A program made the position numbers and the translations under genes. This document shows, one piece after another, positions 42,997-55,111 of a DNA stretch of 64,000 bases. Within the stretch, counting starts at the first letter, position 1. The number at the start of each line of letters is the position of its first letter. Under the pieces are notes generated by a model, which was not told the origin of the DNA, did no database searches, and worked only from the letters and a program-made list of their open reading frames with translations. This DNA comes from Candidatus Methylophosphatis haderslevensis (GTDB lineage: Bacteria; Pseudomonadota; Gammaproteobacteria; Burkholderiales; Rhodocyclaceae): contig JADJSA010000007.1 in assembly GCA_016711925.1 (NCBI GenBank), positions 18,087-82,086 on the forward strand. Direction: 5' to 3'.

Positions 42997-44241
42997 TCAG
43001 GGGGCGGAGTACTGGGTGGCGGCCGCAGTACAATGCGCGGCCCATTGCACGGTGTCGAGGTCGATGCCGGCGACATGCATGTCCCATAGCGGCGAGAGTT
43101 CGCGCAGCTTGGCTACGGTCTCGCGCACCAGGGCGATCACGGCGTCGACTTCCTCGACTGTAGAGAAGCGGCCAACGGAAAAGCGGATCGAGCTGTGCGC
43201 CAGCTCGTCGGAGCGGCCGAGCGCGCGCAGCACGTAGCTCGGCTCCAGGCTGGCCGAGGTGCAGGCCGAGCCGCTGGACACGGCGACATTCTTGATGCCC
43301 ATCAGCAGCGATTCGCCTTCGACGAAGTTGAAGCTGATGTTGAGGTTGTGCGGCACGCGCTGTTCGAGGTCGCCATTGACGAAGACTTCGCCCATGTCGG
43401 CGAAGCCGGCGAGGAGCCGGTCGCGCAGCATGCGGATGCGCTCGTTCTCGATCTGCATGCCCTCGCGGGCGATCCGGTAAGCCTCGCCCATGCCGACGAT
43501 CTGGTGCGTCGCCAGGGTGCCCGAGCGCAGGCCTCGTTCGTGTCCGCCGCCATGGATCAGCGCTTCGAGGCGCACCCGCGGTTTGCGCCGCACGTAGAGC
43601 GCACCGATGCCCTTGGGGCCGTAGGTCTTGTGCGCCGAGAAGGACATCAGGTCGACCGGCAGCGATTGCAGATCGATGCCGATCTTGCCGGTGGCCTGCG
43701 CCGCATCGACATGCAGCAGCACGCCCTTTTCGCGGCAGATGGCGCCGATTGCGGCGATGTCCTGGATCACGCCGATCTCGTTATTCACATACATCACCGA
43801 GGCGAGGATGGTGTCGGGCTGCAGCGCGGCGCGGAATTCGTCGAGATCGAGCAGGCCGTTTTCCCGCACGTCGAGGTAGGTCACGGCGTAGCCGACGCGC
43901 TCGAGTTCGCGCATGGTATCGAGCACCGACTTGTGTTCGGTGCGCAGGGTGACCACATGCTTGCCCTTGCGCTGGTGGAACTGCGCTGCGCCCTTGATGG
44001 CGAGATTGTTCGATTCCGTGGCGCCCGAGGTCCAGACAATTTCCTTCGGGTCGGCGCCGACGAGCGCGGCGACCTGCTCGCGCGCCACTTCGACGGCCTC
44101 TTCCGCCGCCCAGCCGTAGGCGTGCGACCGCGACGCCGGATTGCCGAAATGCTCATGGAGGTAGGGGATCATCTTCGCCGCCACGCGCGGATCGACAGGC
44201 GTTGTTGCGGCGTAGTCGAAATAGATCGGGCGGTTCTTCAT
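42997..44241 (-). CDS. iscS: cysteine desulfurase IscS
   Basis: [51 protein letters not shown] (PLP Lys), [21 protein letters not shown] (active-site Cys). Confidence 0.93.
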   Translation of the reverse strand: MKNRPIYFDYAATTPVDPRVAAKMIPYLHEHFGNPASRSHAYGWAAEEAVEVAREQVAALVGADPKEIVWTSGATESNNLAIKGAAQFHQRKGKHVVTLRTEHKSVLDTMRELERVGYAVTYLDVRENGLLDLDEFRAALQPDTILASVMYVNNEIGVIQDIAAIGAICREKGVLLHVDAAQATGKIGIDLQSLPVDLMSFSAHKTYGPKGIGALYVRRKPRVRLEALIHGGGHERGLRSGTLATHQIVGMGEAYRIAREGMQIENERIRMLRDRLLAGFADMGEVFVNGDLEQRVPHNLNISFNFVEGESLLMGIKNVAVSSGSACTSASLEPSYVLRALGRSDELAHSSIRFSVGRFSTVEEVDAVIALVRETVAKLRELSPLWDMHVAGIDLDTVQWAAHCTAAATQYSAP

Positions 44242-44412
44242 GGACTCTCCGTCGCTCGAGTGTCGGGCCGTGCAGGCCCGCATTCCCGTTGAGCAAGGAG
44301 GATGCCATTTGCCGAAATTGTGCTAACTCGCTGTCTTTGCGACGATTGCGCAAGCTGAGCAGGTCGGAATATCTTGTAGGTTTTGTGCGGTGTCCGACAC
44401 GTTTGCCTTCCC

Positions 44413-45494
44413 TCGGGACAGTTCCCCAATCGGCTTGTGCTCCGCAACTATCCAATCTGCAGTGGCTGGCAGGCGTTTATAGATTCAATTGATTGTTGAT
44501 GGTGGCGTTGTCGGAACTGGAGTCACCGACCGGAAAGTCTTGCTGCAATGGCATCTTCTCGAAAAGCGTGACCGACAATATCTGTAGCAAAGTGTAGAGC
44601 GAGGCGTCCAGGTCGAGGCGCTTCTTGACGATGGCGACGACGACGAGCGTCTTGCCAGTCTCGGGGTCGTTGAATCGAACACGGCGCAGATGCGTGGGGT
44701 AGTCCTGCTTCGTGCAGAAGCCATCGAGCGCGATCGTCTGATCGCAAATGATGCCGACGTCGCGATCGGTCTTCGCCGAGTTGACGCGATGGAAGTCCAT
44801 GTTCGACTTGGTCTGCGTGACGAAGAAAGCGCTGGCCAGATGCAGGGTGTGGAGCCGCCCAAAATCGACGTAGCCGCGATCCATGACGTAGATGGCACCG
44901 GATTCGGGCACCAACAGATCGAGAGCATGAACGTCGTGCAGCTTGCCGTCGGAGACATGAATGAAGCTCGGGATGTTGCCGCGCAGATCGAGCAGGGTGT
45001 GCATCTTCACGGCGGCCTTGGTCGTGCGAAAGTGCGCCCACGGGAAGACCGACAGACACAGGTCGATGGTCGTGGAGTCCAGTGCATAGACCGTATTCGA
45101 CAATTCCAGCCCCAGCTCCTCGCTGGAGTACAGCGCTCTGGCCTGGCCAATCAGCCGTTGCGCGAAGTCGGCATGGATACGCCAGTCGCGCAACTCGTTG
45201 GCATCGGCCAACGTCGAGCGCCGAATCGGCTCGCGAAAACCCATGTGGTAGAGCTTGGCCTCCTGGACGGACAGGCACACTTCGATGTCGCGCAGGCTCT
45301 CGCGGTAGGTCAGTTGGGCGAAGGCCATGACCCGGAACTGCTCCGCGCAGGTCAACGTGCGAACGCCCTTGTCGCCTTCTTAGCGCGCAACGTACCGGGC
45401 GAAGGTCGTCCAGGGCAGGAAATCCATGAGTTGGGCGTACAGTGTCTTGCCGGTGTTCATGGCAGCCTGCCCTCGACCCATTTATCTGTCCCGA
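44413..45494 (-). mobile_element. IS4/IS5-superfamily insertion sequence remnant (boundaries tentative)
   Basis: A DDE transposase gene flanked by a 9-bp inverted repeat: TCGGGACAG at 44413-44421 and CTGTCCCGA at 45486-45494. No target duplication was found. Confidence 0.4.
44477..45460 (-). pseudogene. IS4-family DDE transposase with in-frame TAA at codon 27 (45380-45382)
   Basis: MNTGKTLYAQLMDFLPWTTFARYVAR-stop-EGDKGVRTLTCAEQFRVMAFAQLTYRESLRDIE...ALDSTTIDLC...YVMDRGYVDF. The stop sits where homologues have Tyr. Confidence 0.75.
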
Positions 45495-45495
45495 T

Positions 45496-46650
45496 TCATC
45501 GAACAGCCGACTTCTCCAGAAATCCGCGCACGGTGCGCACCTCGTCCGCAAATGCCTCGTCGTTCTGCGGTGGAGGCAGGTAGATGTCCGGCGCGATTCC
45601 CGCCGCATCGACTGGAAAGTGCGGGAGCCGGAATGAACGCGATGTGGCGTACCACAGCATCCGGCTTCCCGAAGGAAGAGCTTGCGGGCGCAAGTTTGAG
45701 TAGTCGAGAACGCCGGAGGTTCGGCGACCGAAAAGCTTGACGTTATAGCTCTGCCTGACCGAGAGCAGGAATTGCTCACACGAACTCGCGCAGTGCTGGT
45801 CGATCAGCACCGCCACCCGGCGAGGTGCTCGGCCTGCCGGACGGTGCGCGGAGACTTTCATAACCGGGTCATCCATTCCCGGTGGCTTGACGAATGAGCC
45901 GGTATCCCCCGCTCGCATGGCCTTTGTGAGTTGCCCAATCTGCACTTTGCAGCTTTGTGAGTGCGGTGCGTAGATGGCGCAGACTCTCTCGGTGTTCGCA
46001 ATGTTGGCCGGCGTTGAAAGAAAGCCTGCGCCGATCTCCTGACGGGGGTTGATGACGATCAGGTCGAGCAATGCCGAGTAGGTAGAGTCGGAGCCACCGC
46101 TGTTTTGGCGTATATCTATCATCCAGTTGGGCGTGGCAGCGAGCTTCTTTCGACGATGATTGAGCAATTCGTCCAGCGGGGCCTTTGCGTCGTCGGAGAA
46201 CGACGGAATCGTTAGCAGCGCGGTGGAGGATGAGAGCCAGCGCAGCCTGGGCGGTTGCGCCGACACTGATGCGGCGCGCCCTGACTTGTTCCGGCGTTTC
46301 AACTCTGACGGCTCATCGCCGATCATCGGGGTTGCCCACAGGTGCCCCGGTCACCAAGTCTTGAGGTAGTCATTGATGATGTCCAAACAAGACTGGTCGC
46401 TTTCTGTCGATTCTGCTTTCTTACTGGCGTCTGCTAGGGCCTGTTCCAGCGCCTTGTTGCCAATTTGCGCAAGGCGATCACGGGCTCCGGCATCGTTCGT
46501 GACCAAGAAGCCTGGTATGAAATCCAGGTCGGACACACAGTGCGGGGCGAGGAGCGGATGGCTGGCCGGGGACGCATGCGCCTGCAGCGGCAGCATAGTC
46601 ATCATGGCGCCAAGGGCTGAAGCAATTGCATCAATCGCGGAGAGTTTCAT
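45496..46650 (-). pseudogene. secreted S41-family peptidase with in-frame TGA (46351-46353)
   Basis: Track ORFs 46351..46650 (signal peptide, ...IINDYLKTW) and 45496..46326 are in the same frame, separated only by a TGA (KTW-stop-PGHLWATPMIGDE). S41 motifs IDIRQNSGGSDS and VLIDQHCASSCEQF. GC is visibly lower. Confidence 0.65.
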
Positions 46651-46855
46651 GGTCGCGTCTCGGAGCGGAATATGATGTGCGGCAAATCCAATGCGAACGA
46701 GTCTGTAGTGCCATTGCTGTGCGCCGAAGCGCCGGATTCATCCGATGAATTGCGAGTTCCTTTTGCTGCCAGAATATGACACTAATCGCGACCGAGCAGG
46801 TTAGTGTTGCCTGGCGCAGTGCCCCGCCAGCGGTTTCCAGGATTCGCCGCCTGCA

Positions 46856-47293
46856 TCACCCCGGTTTGCATTCGTTGGCCAGCGGCTGACCTGAACGGCC
46901 GTCCAGCAGCAGACCTTTCCACGGCAACACCACCCAGACCAGTTTGCTGACGCTGTCTTCGTAGCGCGGCAGGCCGGAATACGAGTCGTGCCGTGTGAGT
47001 GTGTAGCGCTGGCCTTGCCAGCCGACGTCGATGCGCGTTGCATCGCGCGCGTCCGGCGTGACGTCGACGCGGGCGTTTTCGTCGCAGCGGTAGGTGCCGC
47101 TGGCGACGGGAATCGCCAATTGGGGATTGACCGATTTCGAAGTTGTCGCGCGGGGCGAATTCGCCCGTGCGGGCGTTTCGGCCCGCGGTTCCACCGGCTG
47201 CGACGAACAGCCCGCGATCGACATCGCTGCAAGCGCCACGATTGCGAGGTCGCCTCGCGGGAATGGATGTACAGCGATGAACGGCGCGATCAT
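46856..47293 (-). CDS. MliC-like (C-type lysozyme inhibitor family) lipoprotein
   Basis: ATG at 47293, lipobox MSIAGC. YRCDENARVDV...WQGQRYTLTRHDSYSGLPRYED...LVWVVLPWKGLLLDG...ANEC resembles the MliC fold pattern. The upstream 180 codons of the track ORF are Arg/Pro-rich and were rejected. Confidence 0.45.
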   Translation of the reverse strand: MIAPFIAVHPFPRGDLAIVALAAMSIAGCSSQPVEPRAETPARANSPRATTSKSVNPQLAIPVASGTYRCDENARVDVTPDARDATRIDVGWQGQRYTLTRHDSYSGLPRYEDSVSKLVWVVLPWKGLLLDGRSGQPLANECKPG

Positions 47294-47325
47294 TTGCCCT
47301 CCCCCGGCGGACCGGGCGAGCGGCC

Positions 47326-47946
47326 TCAGCCGAGTTTCCAGCGGCTCTGTGCCGGGATGTGACGGGCGAGAAAATCCATCTGGTCGGCAAGGATGCTGCG
47401 ATTGCAGAGGATCAGGTACTCGGCTTTGTTGGGGACGTAGGGCGCGTAGAGCAGCATCATGTGCGCCTGCTCCGGCGTGCGGCCGCTCTTGGATTGATTG
47501 CAGGCGCGGCAGGCGGTGACCACGTTCATCCAGGTGTCCTGGCCACCCTGCGAGACCGGGCGGACGTGGTCGCGTGTCAGGCGCGAGCCGGAGAAATCGT
47601 TGCCGCAATAGGCGCAGATATGCCGGTCGCGATGGAACAGTTCGCGGTTGTTGAGCGGGGGCACCTGGATCATCGACTTGCTGGCGAGCGCCTTGCCACG
47701 GATGGCGATGATGCTGTTGGCGCAGATTGCCGAGCGCTCGCCGGAAACCCGCGAGGTGCCGCCATAGAAGGTGAAATTGTGATCGCCGGCCTGCCAGGCG
47801 ACCAGATCCTTGGCGTAGTAAAAGACCGCGTGCTGCCACGACACCCAGCGGTGCGGCAGTCCATGGACGTCGAGCGTGAGGATCAGCGGATGGGCCGTTG
47901 CGGTCCGCGATCGGGGCGCTGCACTGGTGGCGACGATGGATTGCAT
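47326..47946 (-). CDS. HNH endonuclease family protein
   Basis: ATG at 47946. HRDRHICAYCGNDFSGSRLTRDHVRPVSQGGQDTWMNVVTACRACNQSK is an HNH motif with two CxxC pairs. Confidence 0.75.
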   Translation of the reverse strand: MQSIVATSAAPRSRTATAHPLILTLDVHGLPHRWVSWQHAVFYYAKDLVAWQAGDHNFTFYGGTSRVSGERSAICANSIIAIRGKALASKSMIQVPPLNNRELFHRDRHICAYCGNDFSGSRLTRDHVRPVSQGGQDTWMNVVTACRACNQSKSGRTPEQAHMMLLYAPYVPNKAEYLILCNRSILADQMDFLARHIPAQSRWKLG

Positions 47947-47990
47947 CTCGGATGTAGAATCAAAAAGTTGGCGAAGCGTAGCAAAGCCCC

Positions 47991-48677
47991 GTGGATTTGC
48001 AAACCCATTCCGCGTCTTCCGGTCCCGTTGGCAGCCGCTTCCCGCGGTCGCTGGCGTGGGGCATGGCGATTTCGCTGTTCGCCCATGTCGCGTTGCTTTG
48101 GCCGTCCGCGACGCGGACGGTGCGGCCATTGTTGCACGCATCGCTGCGGCCCGGCCCGGTTTCGCTGGCGGCTGTTTCTGCGCCAGCGCCGCCACTGGTT
48201 TCTCCGCAGCCAGTGCTGCCGCCGCGCGTGGTGCCGGTCGTGCCGGCTGTGCCGACCACACTCGCCCGGCGTATGCCGCAGCGGCCCAAGGCGCCGCCCG
48301 AGGCACTGCCGCCGGCGGCCTCGGCCGTTCCTGCCGCGCCTCCGGTTGCGCCGCCCGATACGCCGGCTGCCGTCGATGCCGAGGGTCTGCGCAGCTATCG
48401 GCTGGCACTGGCGCTCAACGCCAGGCGCTTCCATCAATACCCGCCGCATGCTGTCGAAGACGGACTGGCGGGCACCGCGCAGGTGCGGGTGGCGGTGGCG
48501 TCGAACGGGTTGCCGGGCCGGGTCGATCTGCTGCGCTCGTCCGGCCACGACGCGCTCGATCGCGAAGCCCGCGAAATGCTCGCGCGGGCTGCACAGGTGA
48601 CCCGCCTCCCCGATACGCTGCGCGGGCAGGCGTTCGCCGTCGACCTGCCGGTCGAATTTTCGCTGCCGGCGCGCTGA
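47991..48677 (+). CDS. TonB-family energy transducer
   Basis: N-terminal TM (WGMAISLFAHVALLW), Pro-rich spacer, TonB_C domain (YPPHAVEDGLAGTAQVRVAVASNGLPGRVDLLRSSGHDALDREAREML). Confidence 0.75.
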   Translation: MDLQTHSASSGPVGSRFPRSLAWGMAISLFAHVALLWPSATRTVRPLLHASLRPGPVSLAAVSAPAPPLVSPQPVLPPRVVPVVPAVPTTLARRMPQRPKAPPEALPPAASAVPAAPPVAPPDTPAAVDAEGLRSYRLALALNARRFHQYPPHAVEDGLAGTAQVRVAVASNGLPGRVDLLRSSGHDALDREAREMLARAAQVTRLPDTLRGQAFAVDLPVEFSLPAR

Positions 48678-48712
48678 CCGGTTGATTGGCGCGCCTGCGT
48701 TGACGTGCCACT

Positions 48713-48830
48713 CTGCAGGCCGCATGGATAGGCGTTCTTCGGGCATGCCATGCCGAAAGCCGCGTGCAATGGCGCTCAGCGGGCGGGGGTGCCGGAGAAC
48801 GCCTGTTCATGAGCCTTACGGGCATGGTGC
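48713..48830. repeat. REP-like element, copy E (two degenerate tandem units)
   Basis: GGCCGCATGGATAGGCG and CCGCGTGCAATGGCGCT both resemble the GAGCCGCATGGAATGGCGCT core. GGCATGCC palindromes are present. Confidence 0.5.
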
Positions 48831-48854
48831 CCGGGCAGCATGTCGGGCCGGGCG

Positions 48855-48884
48855 AAAAAAAGCCGCACCCCGAAGGATGCGGCT
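48855..48884 (-). terminator. rho-independent terminator of aceA
   Basis: The minus strand reads GCCGCATCC-TTCG-GGGTGCGGC followed by T7, about 55 nt after the aceA stop. Confidence 0.75.
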
Positions 48885-48939
48885 TCCCGGCTTTGCCCGA
48901 GGACCTTGCAGCCCGGGCAGAAACGCGACTACCCGAGGA

Positions 48940-50235
48940 TCAGTGGAACTGCTCTTCCTCGGTTGAACCGGTCAGCGCGGTTACCGACGAGGCGCCGCCC
49001 TGGATTGTGGTGGTGACGTCGTCGAAGTAGCCGGTGCCGACTTCCTGCTGGTGCGAGACGAAGCTGTAGCCACGGTCGCGCGCGGCGAACTCGGGCTCCT
49101 GCACCTTCTCGACGTAGGCGGTCATGCCGCGAGCAACGTAGTCTTGCGCCAGATCGAACATGTTGTACCACATGTTGTGGATGCCGGCGAGGGTGATGAA
49201 CTGGTACTTGTAGCCCATGGCGCCCAACTCGCGCTGGAACTTGGCGATGGTGGCATCGTCGAGGTTCTTCTTCCAGTTGAACGAGGGCGAGCAGTTGTAG
49301 GCCAGCAGCTTGCCGGGGTACTTGGCGCGCACCGCTTCGGCAAACTTGCGCGCGAACTCGAGATCCGGCGTGCCGGTTTCGCACCATACCATGTCGGCAT
49401 AGGGAGCGTAGGCGATGCCGCGGCTGATCGCCTGCTCGAGGCCCTTCTTGGTCTTGTAGAAGCCTTCGGCGGTGCGCTCGCCGGTGACGAACGGCTTGTC
49501 GTTGGCATCGCAGTCGCTGGTCAGCAGGTCGGCCGCTTCGGCATCGGTGCGGGCGAGGATCAGCGTCGGCACGCCGAGCACATCGGAGGCCAGACGCGCG
49601 GCAATCAGCTTCTGCACCGCGTCCTGCGTCGGCACCAGCACCTTGCCGCCCATGTGGCCGCACTTCTTGACCGACGCGAGCTGGTCCTCGAAGTGAACGC
49701 CACCTGCACCGGCGCGGATCATCGCCTTCATCAGCTCATAGGCGTTGAGCACGCCGCCGAAACCGGCTTCGGCATCGGCCACGATCGGCGCGAAGTAGTC
49801 GATGTAGCCGGGGTCGCCGGCATTGACGCCTTTTGCATGCTGGATCTGGTCCGCGCGCTGGAACGAATTGTTGATGCGCTCGACCACCGCCGGAACCGAA
49901 TCGACCGGGTAGAGCGACTGGTCGGGGTACATCGCCATGTAGGTGTTGTTGTCGGCGGCAACCTGCCAGCCCGACAGGTAGATCGCCTTGATGCCGGCCT
50001 TCACCTGCTGCATGGCCTGGCCCCCGGTCAGTGCGCCGAGGCAATTGACGTAGGGCGTGTTATTGACCAGATCCCACAGCTTCTCGGCGCCGCGACGGGC
50101 CAGCGTGTGTTCGATATGCAGCGAGCCGCGCAGGCGCACCACGTCTTCGGCGGTGTAGCCACGCTTGATCCCGGCCCAGCGCGGATTCTCGGCCCATTCT
50201 TTCTTGAGTTTTGCGACTTCGGCTTCACGCGTCAT
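48940..50235 (-). CDS. aceA: isocitrate lyase
   Basis: 431 aa with [14 protein letters not shown], the ICL signature K-[KR]-C-G-H-[LMQR]. Full-length colinearity with AceA. Confidence 0.95.
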   Translation of the reverse strand: MTREAEVAKLKKEWAENPRWAGIKRGYTAEDVVRLRGSLHIEHTLARRGAEKLWDLVNNTPYVNCLGALTGGQAMQQVKAGIKAIYLSGWQVAADNNTYMAMYPDQSLYPVDSVPAVVERINNSFQRADQIQHAKGVNAGDPGYIDYFAPIVADAEAGFGGVLNAYELMKAMIRAGAGGVHFEDQLASVKKCGHMGGKVLVPTQDAVQKLIAARLASDVLGVPTLILARTDAEAADLLTSDCDANDKPFVTGERTAEGFYKTKKGLEQAISRGIAYAPYADMVWCETGTPDLEFARKFAEAVRAKYPGKLLAYNCSPSFNWKKNLDDATIAKFQRELGAMGYKYQFITLAGIHNMWYNMFDLAQDYVARGMTAYVEKVQEPEFAARDRGYSFVSHQQEVGTGYFDDVTTTIQGGASSVTALTGSTEEEQFH

Positions 50236-50638
50236 TTCGATGCCTTCCTAAGTTAAACGATGTAGAAGAGTGAAACATCACGGTTGCGCCGGGCCGGAAC
50301 CCGGACGCACCCGAAAAATGCCTGCCGCTGCGCCCTGCTGGCGCAGTTCGCGGCAATTTGCCCGGGACCGCCAGGGATCCTGTCTGACAGGCCATGCAGC
50401 CGACGCGGATTGGGTGCCGATCGCACAGCACGCGCCGCAAAACCTCGTTCGCAGCGTTTTCGTGACGGTGAAAGTATAAGGAGAATCGTGCAAAGCAGCA
50501 ACAAGTCTTATATAAGATATAAGAATCTTTATTGCTGTTTAGGATCAATTACATAGAAAAGTTGTTTCGTATGGTGAAACCCTCTTCACGCCATTGAAAC
50601 GAATTTGTGCTGCCCCGCACTAATTTCGTGCCGTTGAC

Positions 50639-51136
50639 TCACAATAACGGTGCGGGTGCGACCACGATACCGTCTTCGTCGGCGTAAAGATGTTCGCCCG
50701 GCGCAAAGCTCACAGCGCCGAAACTGACCGCGATTTCCGCTTCCCCGACGCCTTTCTTGATGCTTTTGAGCGGATGGGTGTCGAGCGCGCGCAGCCCGAT
50801 ATCCATGGCCGCCATGGCCGCCGAATCGCGGATGCAGCCGTACACCACGATGCCGGCCCAGCCATTCCTGACGCCGAGAAGCGCGAGTTGATCGCCGACC
50901 AGCGCACAGCGTTTGCTGCCCCCGCCATCGATTACCAGCACCCGGCCATTTCCCGGCGCTTCGAGCGCCTTGCGCACCAGCGAGTTGTCTTCGAACACCT
51001 TGAGCGTGCTGATCGCGCCGTGAAAGCGTCGGCGGCCGCCAAAATGCTTGAACATCGGCTCGACCACGCGCACGCGGCCCGCGCGCGCGGCCTCTTCATG
51101 TTGATCGAGCAGGTCGGCGGTCTGAAAATCGGTCAT
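50639..51136 (-). CDS. rraA: RraA family protein (RNase E regulator / HMG aldolase fold)
   Basis: MTDFQTADLLDQHE...LKVFEDNSLVRKALE..GNGRVLVIDGGGS.RCALVGDQLA. GGAGA RBS upstream of ATG 51136. Confidence 0.88.
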   Translation of the reverse strand: MTDFQTADLLDQHEEAARAGRVRVVEPMFKHFGGRRRFHGAISTLKVFEDNSLVRKALEAPGNGRVLVIDGGGSKRCALVGDQLALLGVRNGWAGIVVYGCIRDSAAMAAMDIGLRALDTHPLKSIKKGVGEAEIAVSFGAVSFAPGEHLYADEDGIVVAPAPLL

Positions 51137-51153
51137 CGTGTTCTCCACAAATG

Positions 51154-51180
51154 AAAAGCGGCGGGGACCGCCCGCCGCTT
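51154..51180 (-). terminator. rho-independent terminator of clpA
   Basis: The minus strand reads GCGGCGGG-CGGT-CCCCGCCGC followed by TTTT, between clpA and rraA. Confidence 0.6.
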
Positions 51181-51198
51181 GAATTGTGCCATGCCGGT

Positions 51199-53478
<2,280 letters not shown>

Positions 53479-53479
53479 T

Positions 53480-53788
53480 TCAGTTTTCCTCCATCACGCA
53501 CGCGAGCGGGTGCTGATGCTGCCGTGCATAGCTGCTGACCTGTTCCACTTTCGTCGCGGCGACATCCCGCGGAAAAACACCACAAACGCCCATTCCTTCC
53601 CGATGCACCTTGAGCATCACCTGCGTCGCCTGCTCACGCGTCATGTTGAAGAACTTTTGCAGCACGAGCACCACAAAGTCCATCGGCGTGAAGTCGTCGT
53701 TCAGCAGCAGAACCTTGAACATCGGCGGCGGCTTGACCTTCGACTTCTGTACTTCAAGAACAGAGTCGCTCTGCTTGTGCGTAGCCAT
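53480..53788 (-). CDS. clpS: Clp protease adaptor ClpS
   Basis: [27 protein letters not shown]...[21 protein letters not shown]. Confidence 0.95.
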   Translation of the reverse strand: MATHKQSDSVLEVQKSKVKPPPMFKVLLLNDDFTPMDFVVLVLQKFFNMTREQATQVMLKVHREGMGVCGVFPRDVAATKVEQVSSYARQHQHPLACVMEEN

Positions 53789-54017
53789 GGACCAATTCTA
53801 AACACAAACCCCAAATTCGCAATACGACAAACAGCGCATGCAATCGCTGCCATCCATGCACTACCTTGGCCACCCGAAACTCAGATTGGTGCATCGCCGA
53901 TTCGTTCGATGCCCGGTTCGATCATTTCATGTCAAAGAATGGGGCCGCGGCCCGTCCGATTCAAGCGAATCCTGCGCCAGGCGCTGCCGGGCAACATTGA
54001 CCCCTGAAACAAAATGC

Positions 54018-54046
54018 TTGACTCATAGTAGTGTGCAGCGTAAAAC
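54018..54046 (+). promoter_or_regulatory. sigma-70 promoter candidate for cspA-family gene (TTGACT-17-TAAAAC)
   Basis: -35 TTGACT at 54018-54023, 17-nt spacer, -10 TAAAAC at 54041-54046. This predicts a ~147-nt 5' UTR, the length class known for cold-shock cspA mRNAs. Confidence 0.45.
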
Positions 54047-54199
54047 CAGCTTCGTGGAGTGTCTGGTAAGCCAAATCCGCCGCAGTTCGGCGATCAGTTC
54101 GTCTGAAACACATCAATCCCGTTCCAGAATAGAACCTTGCCGCAGTCCATTCGGCCTGCAAGGGCCGAACATCGATGTTCATTTTTGAGGAATTGATTC

Positions 54200-54403
54200 A
54201 TGGCAACAGGTACAGTCAAGTGGTTCAACGACGCCAAGGGCTTTGGTTTCATCACGCCGGACGACGGCAGTGAAGATCTCTTTGCCCACTTCTCGGCGAT
54301 CAACATGAGTGGTTTCAAGAGCCTCAAGGAAGGCCAGAAGGTTTCGTTTGAGGTGACTCAGGGTCCGAAAGGTAAGCAGGCGTCGAACATCCAGGCTGCC
54401 TGA
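54200..54403 (+). CDS. cspA: cold-shock protein, CspA family
   Basis: [34 protein letters not shown] contains the RNP1 and RNP2 motifs. 67 aa. Confidence 0.95.
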   Translation: MATGTVKWFNDAKGFGFITPDDGSEDLFAHFSAINMSGFKSLKEGQKVSFEVTQGPKGKQASNIQAA

Positions 54404-54444
54404 TCGAATGCGCACCGGGCGGCCAGGTCGCCCGGTTCGGCAGG

Positions 54445-54468
54445 AAGCCCGCCCCGTGCGGGCTTTTT
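54445..54468 (+). terminator. rho-independent terminator of cspA
   Basis: GCCCGC-CCCGT-GCGGGC hairpin followed by T5. Confidence 0.75.
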
Positions 54469-54494
54469 GTTGGCCGAAATTCCGCTGTTGAGCC

Positions 54495-55058
54495 ATGTCC
54501 AGGCAAATCCTGTTCAACAAGCCCTACGGCGTGCTCTGCCAGTTCACGCCGCAGCCGGGCCGACAGACGCTTGCCGGGTTCATCGACCTGCCTGGCGTTT
54601 ACCCTGCCGGCCGGCTCGATGCCGACAGCGAAGGGTTGCTGCTTCTGACCGACGACGGCCGATTGCAGGCACGCGTCGCCGACCCGCGCCACAAGCTTGC
54701 CAAGACCTACTGGGCGCAGGTCGAGGGTGAGACCGACGATCGCGCACTGGCGCGGCTGCAGGCGGGGATCGATCTCGCGGACTTTCAAACGCTACCCTGC
54801 GCGGCACGCCGCATCGCCGAGCCGGCCGCGCTGTGGCCGCGCGACCCGCCGATCCGTGTCCGCCGGGCAATTCCGACCAGTTGGCTCGAGCTGATTCTGC
54901 GCGAGGGCAAGAACCGGCAGGTGCGGCGCATGACGGCGCACGTCGGCTTGCCCACCTTGCGCCTCATCCGCAGCGCGATCGGCCCGTGGCAGCTTGACGG
55001 CCTTGCGCCGGGAAGCTGGCGCCATCTCGACACGCAACGGTTGCGCGTCCTGGCGTAG
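54495..55058 (+). CDS. rluE: 23S rRNA pseudouridine synthase RluE
   Basis: ILFNKPYGVLCQF...GVYPAGRLDADSEGLLLLTDDG...KTYWAQVEGE...GKNRQVRRMTAHVG. Confidence 0.88.
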   Translation: MSRQILFNKPYGVLCQFTPQPGRQTLAGFIDLPGVYPAGRLDADSEGLLLLTDDGRLQARVADPRHKLAKTYWAQVEGETDDRALARLQAGIDLADFQTLPCAARRIAEPAALWPRDPPIRVRRAIPTSWLELILREGKNRQVRRMTAHVGLPTLRLIRSAIGPWQLDGLAPGSWRHLDTQRLRVLA

Positions 55059-55111
55059 CAGCATTCGCGCTTACGCCTGACCGCGGAACGGCGCAATCTT
55101 GTAGTCCCGGG

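Noticed and set aside
42132-43076. Treating the 314-aa ORF as a genuine IscU-ErpA fusion protein
   Set aside because: ErpA retains its own RBS and ATG, and a +1-frame TGA overlaps that ATG. Several other single-base frame errors occur in this window. It is kept as a finding but not called as a fusion.
46351-46353. In-frame TGA in the S41 peptidase as a possible selenocysteine codon
   Set aside because: S41 peptidases are not known selenoproteins and the position is not catalytic. I could not identify a SECIS-like hairpin immediately downstream, and a neighbouring gene also carries a nonsense codon. Pseudogenisation or sequencing error is more likely.
46856-48408. N-terminal extensions of track ORFs 46856..47839 and 47326..48408
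   Set aside because: The upstream parts are Arg/Pro/Ala-rich and overlap each other and the TonB gene. Internal ATGs at 47293 and 47946 give sensible lipoprotein and HNH proteins.
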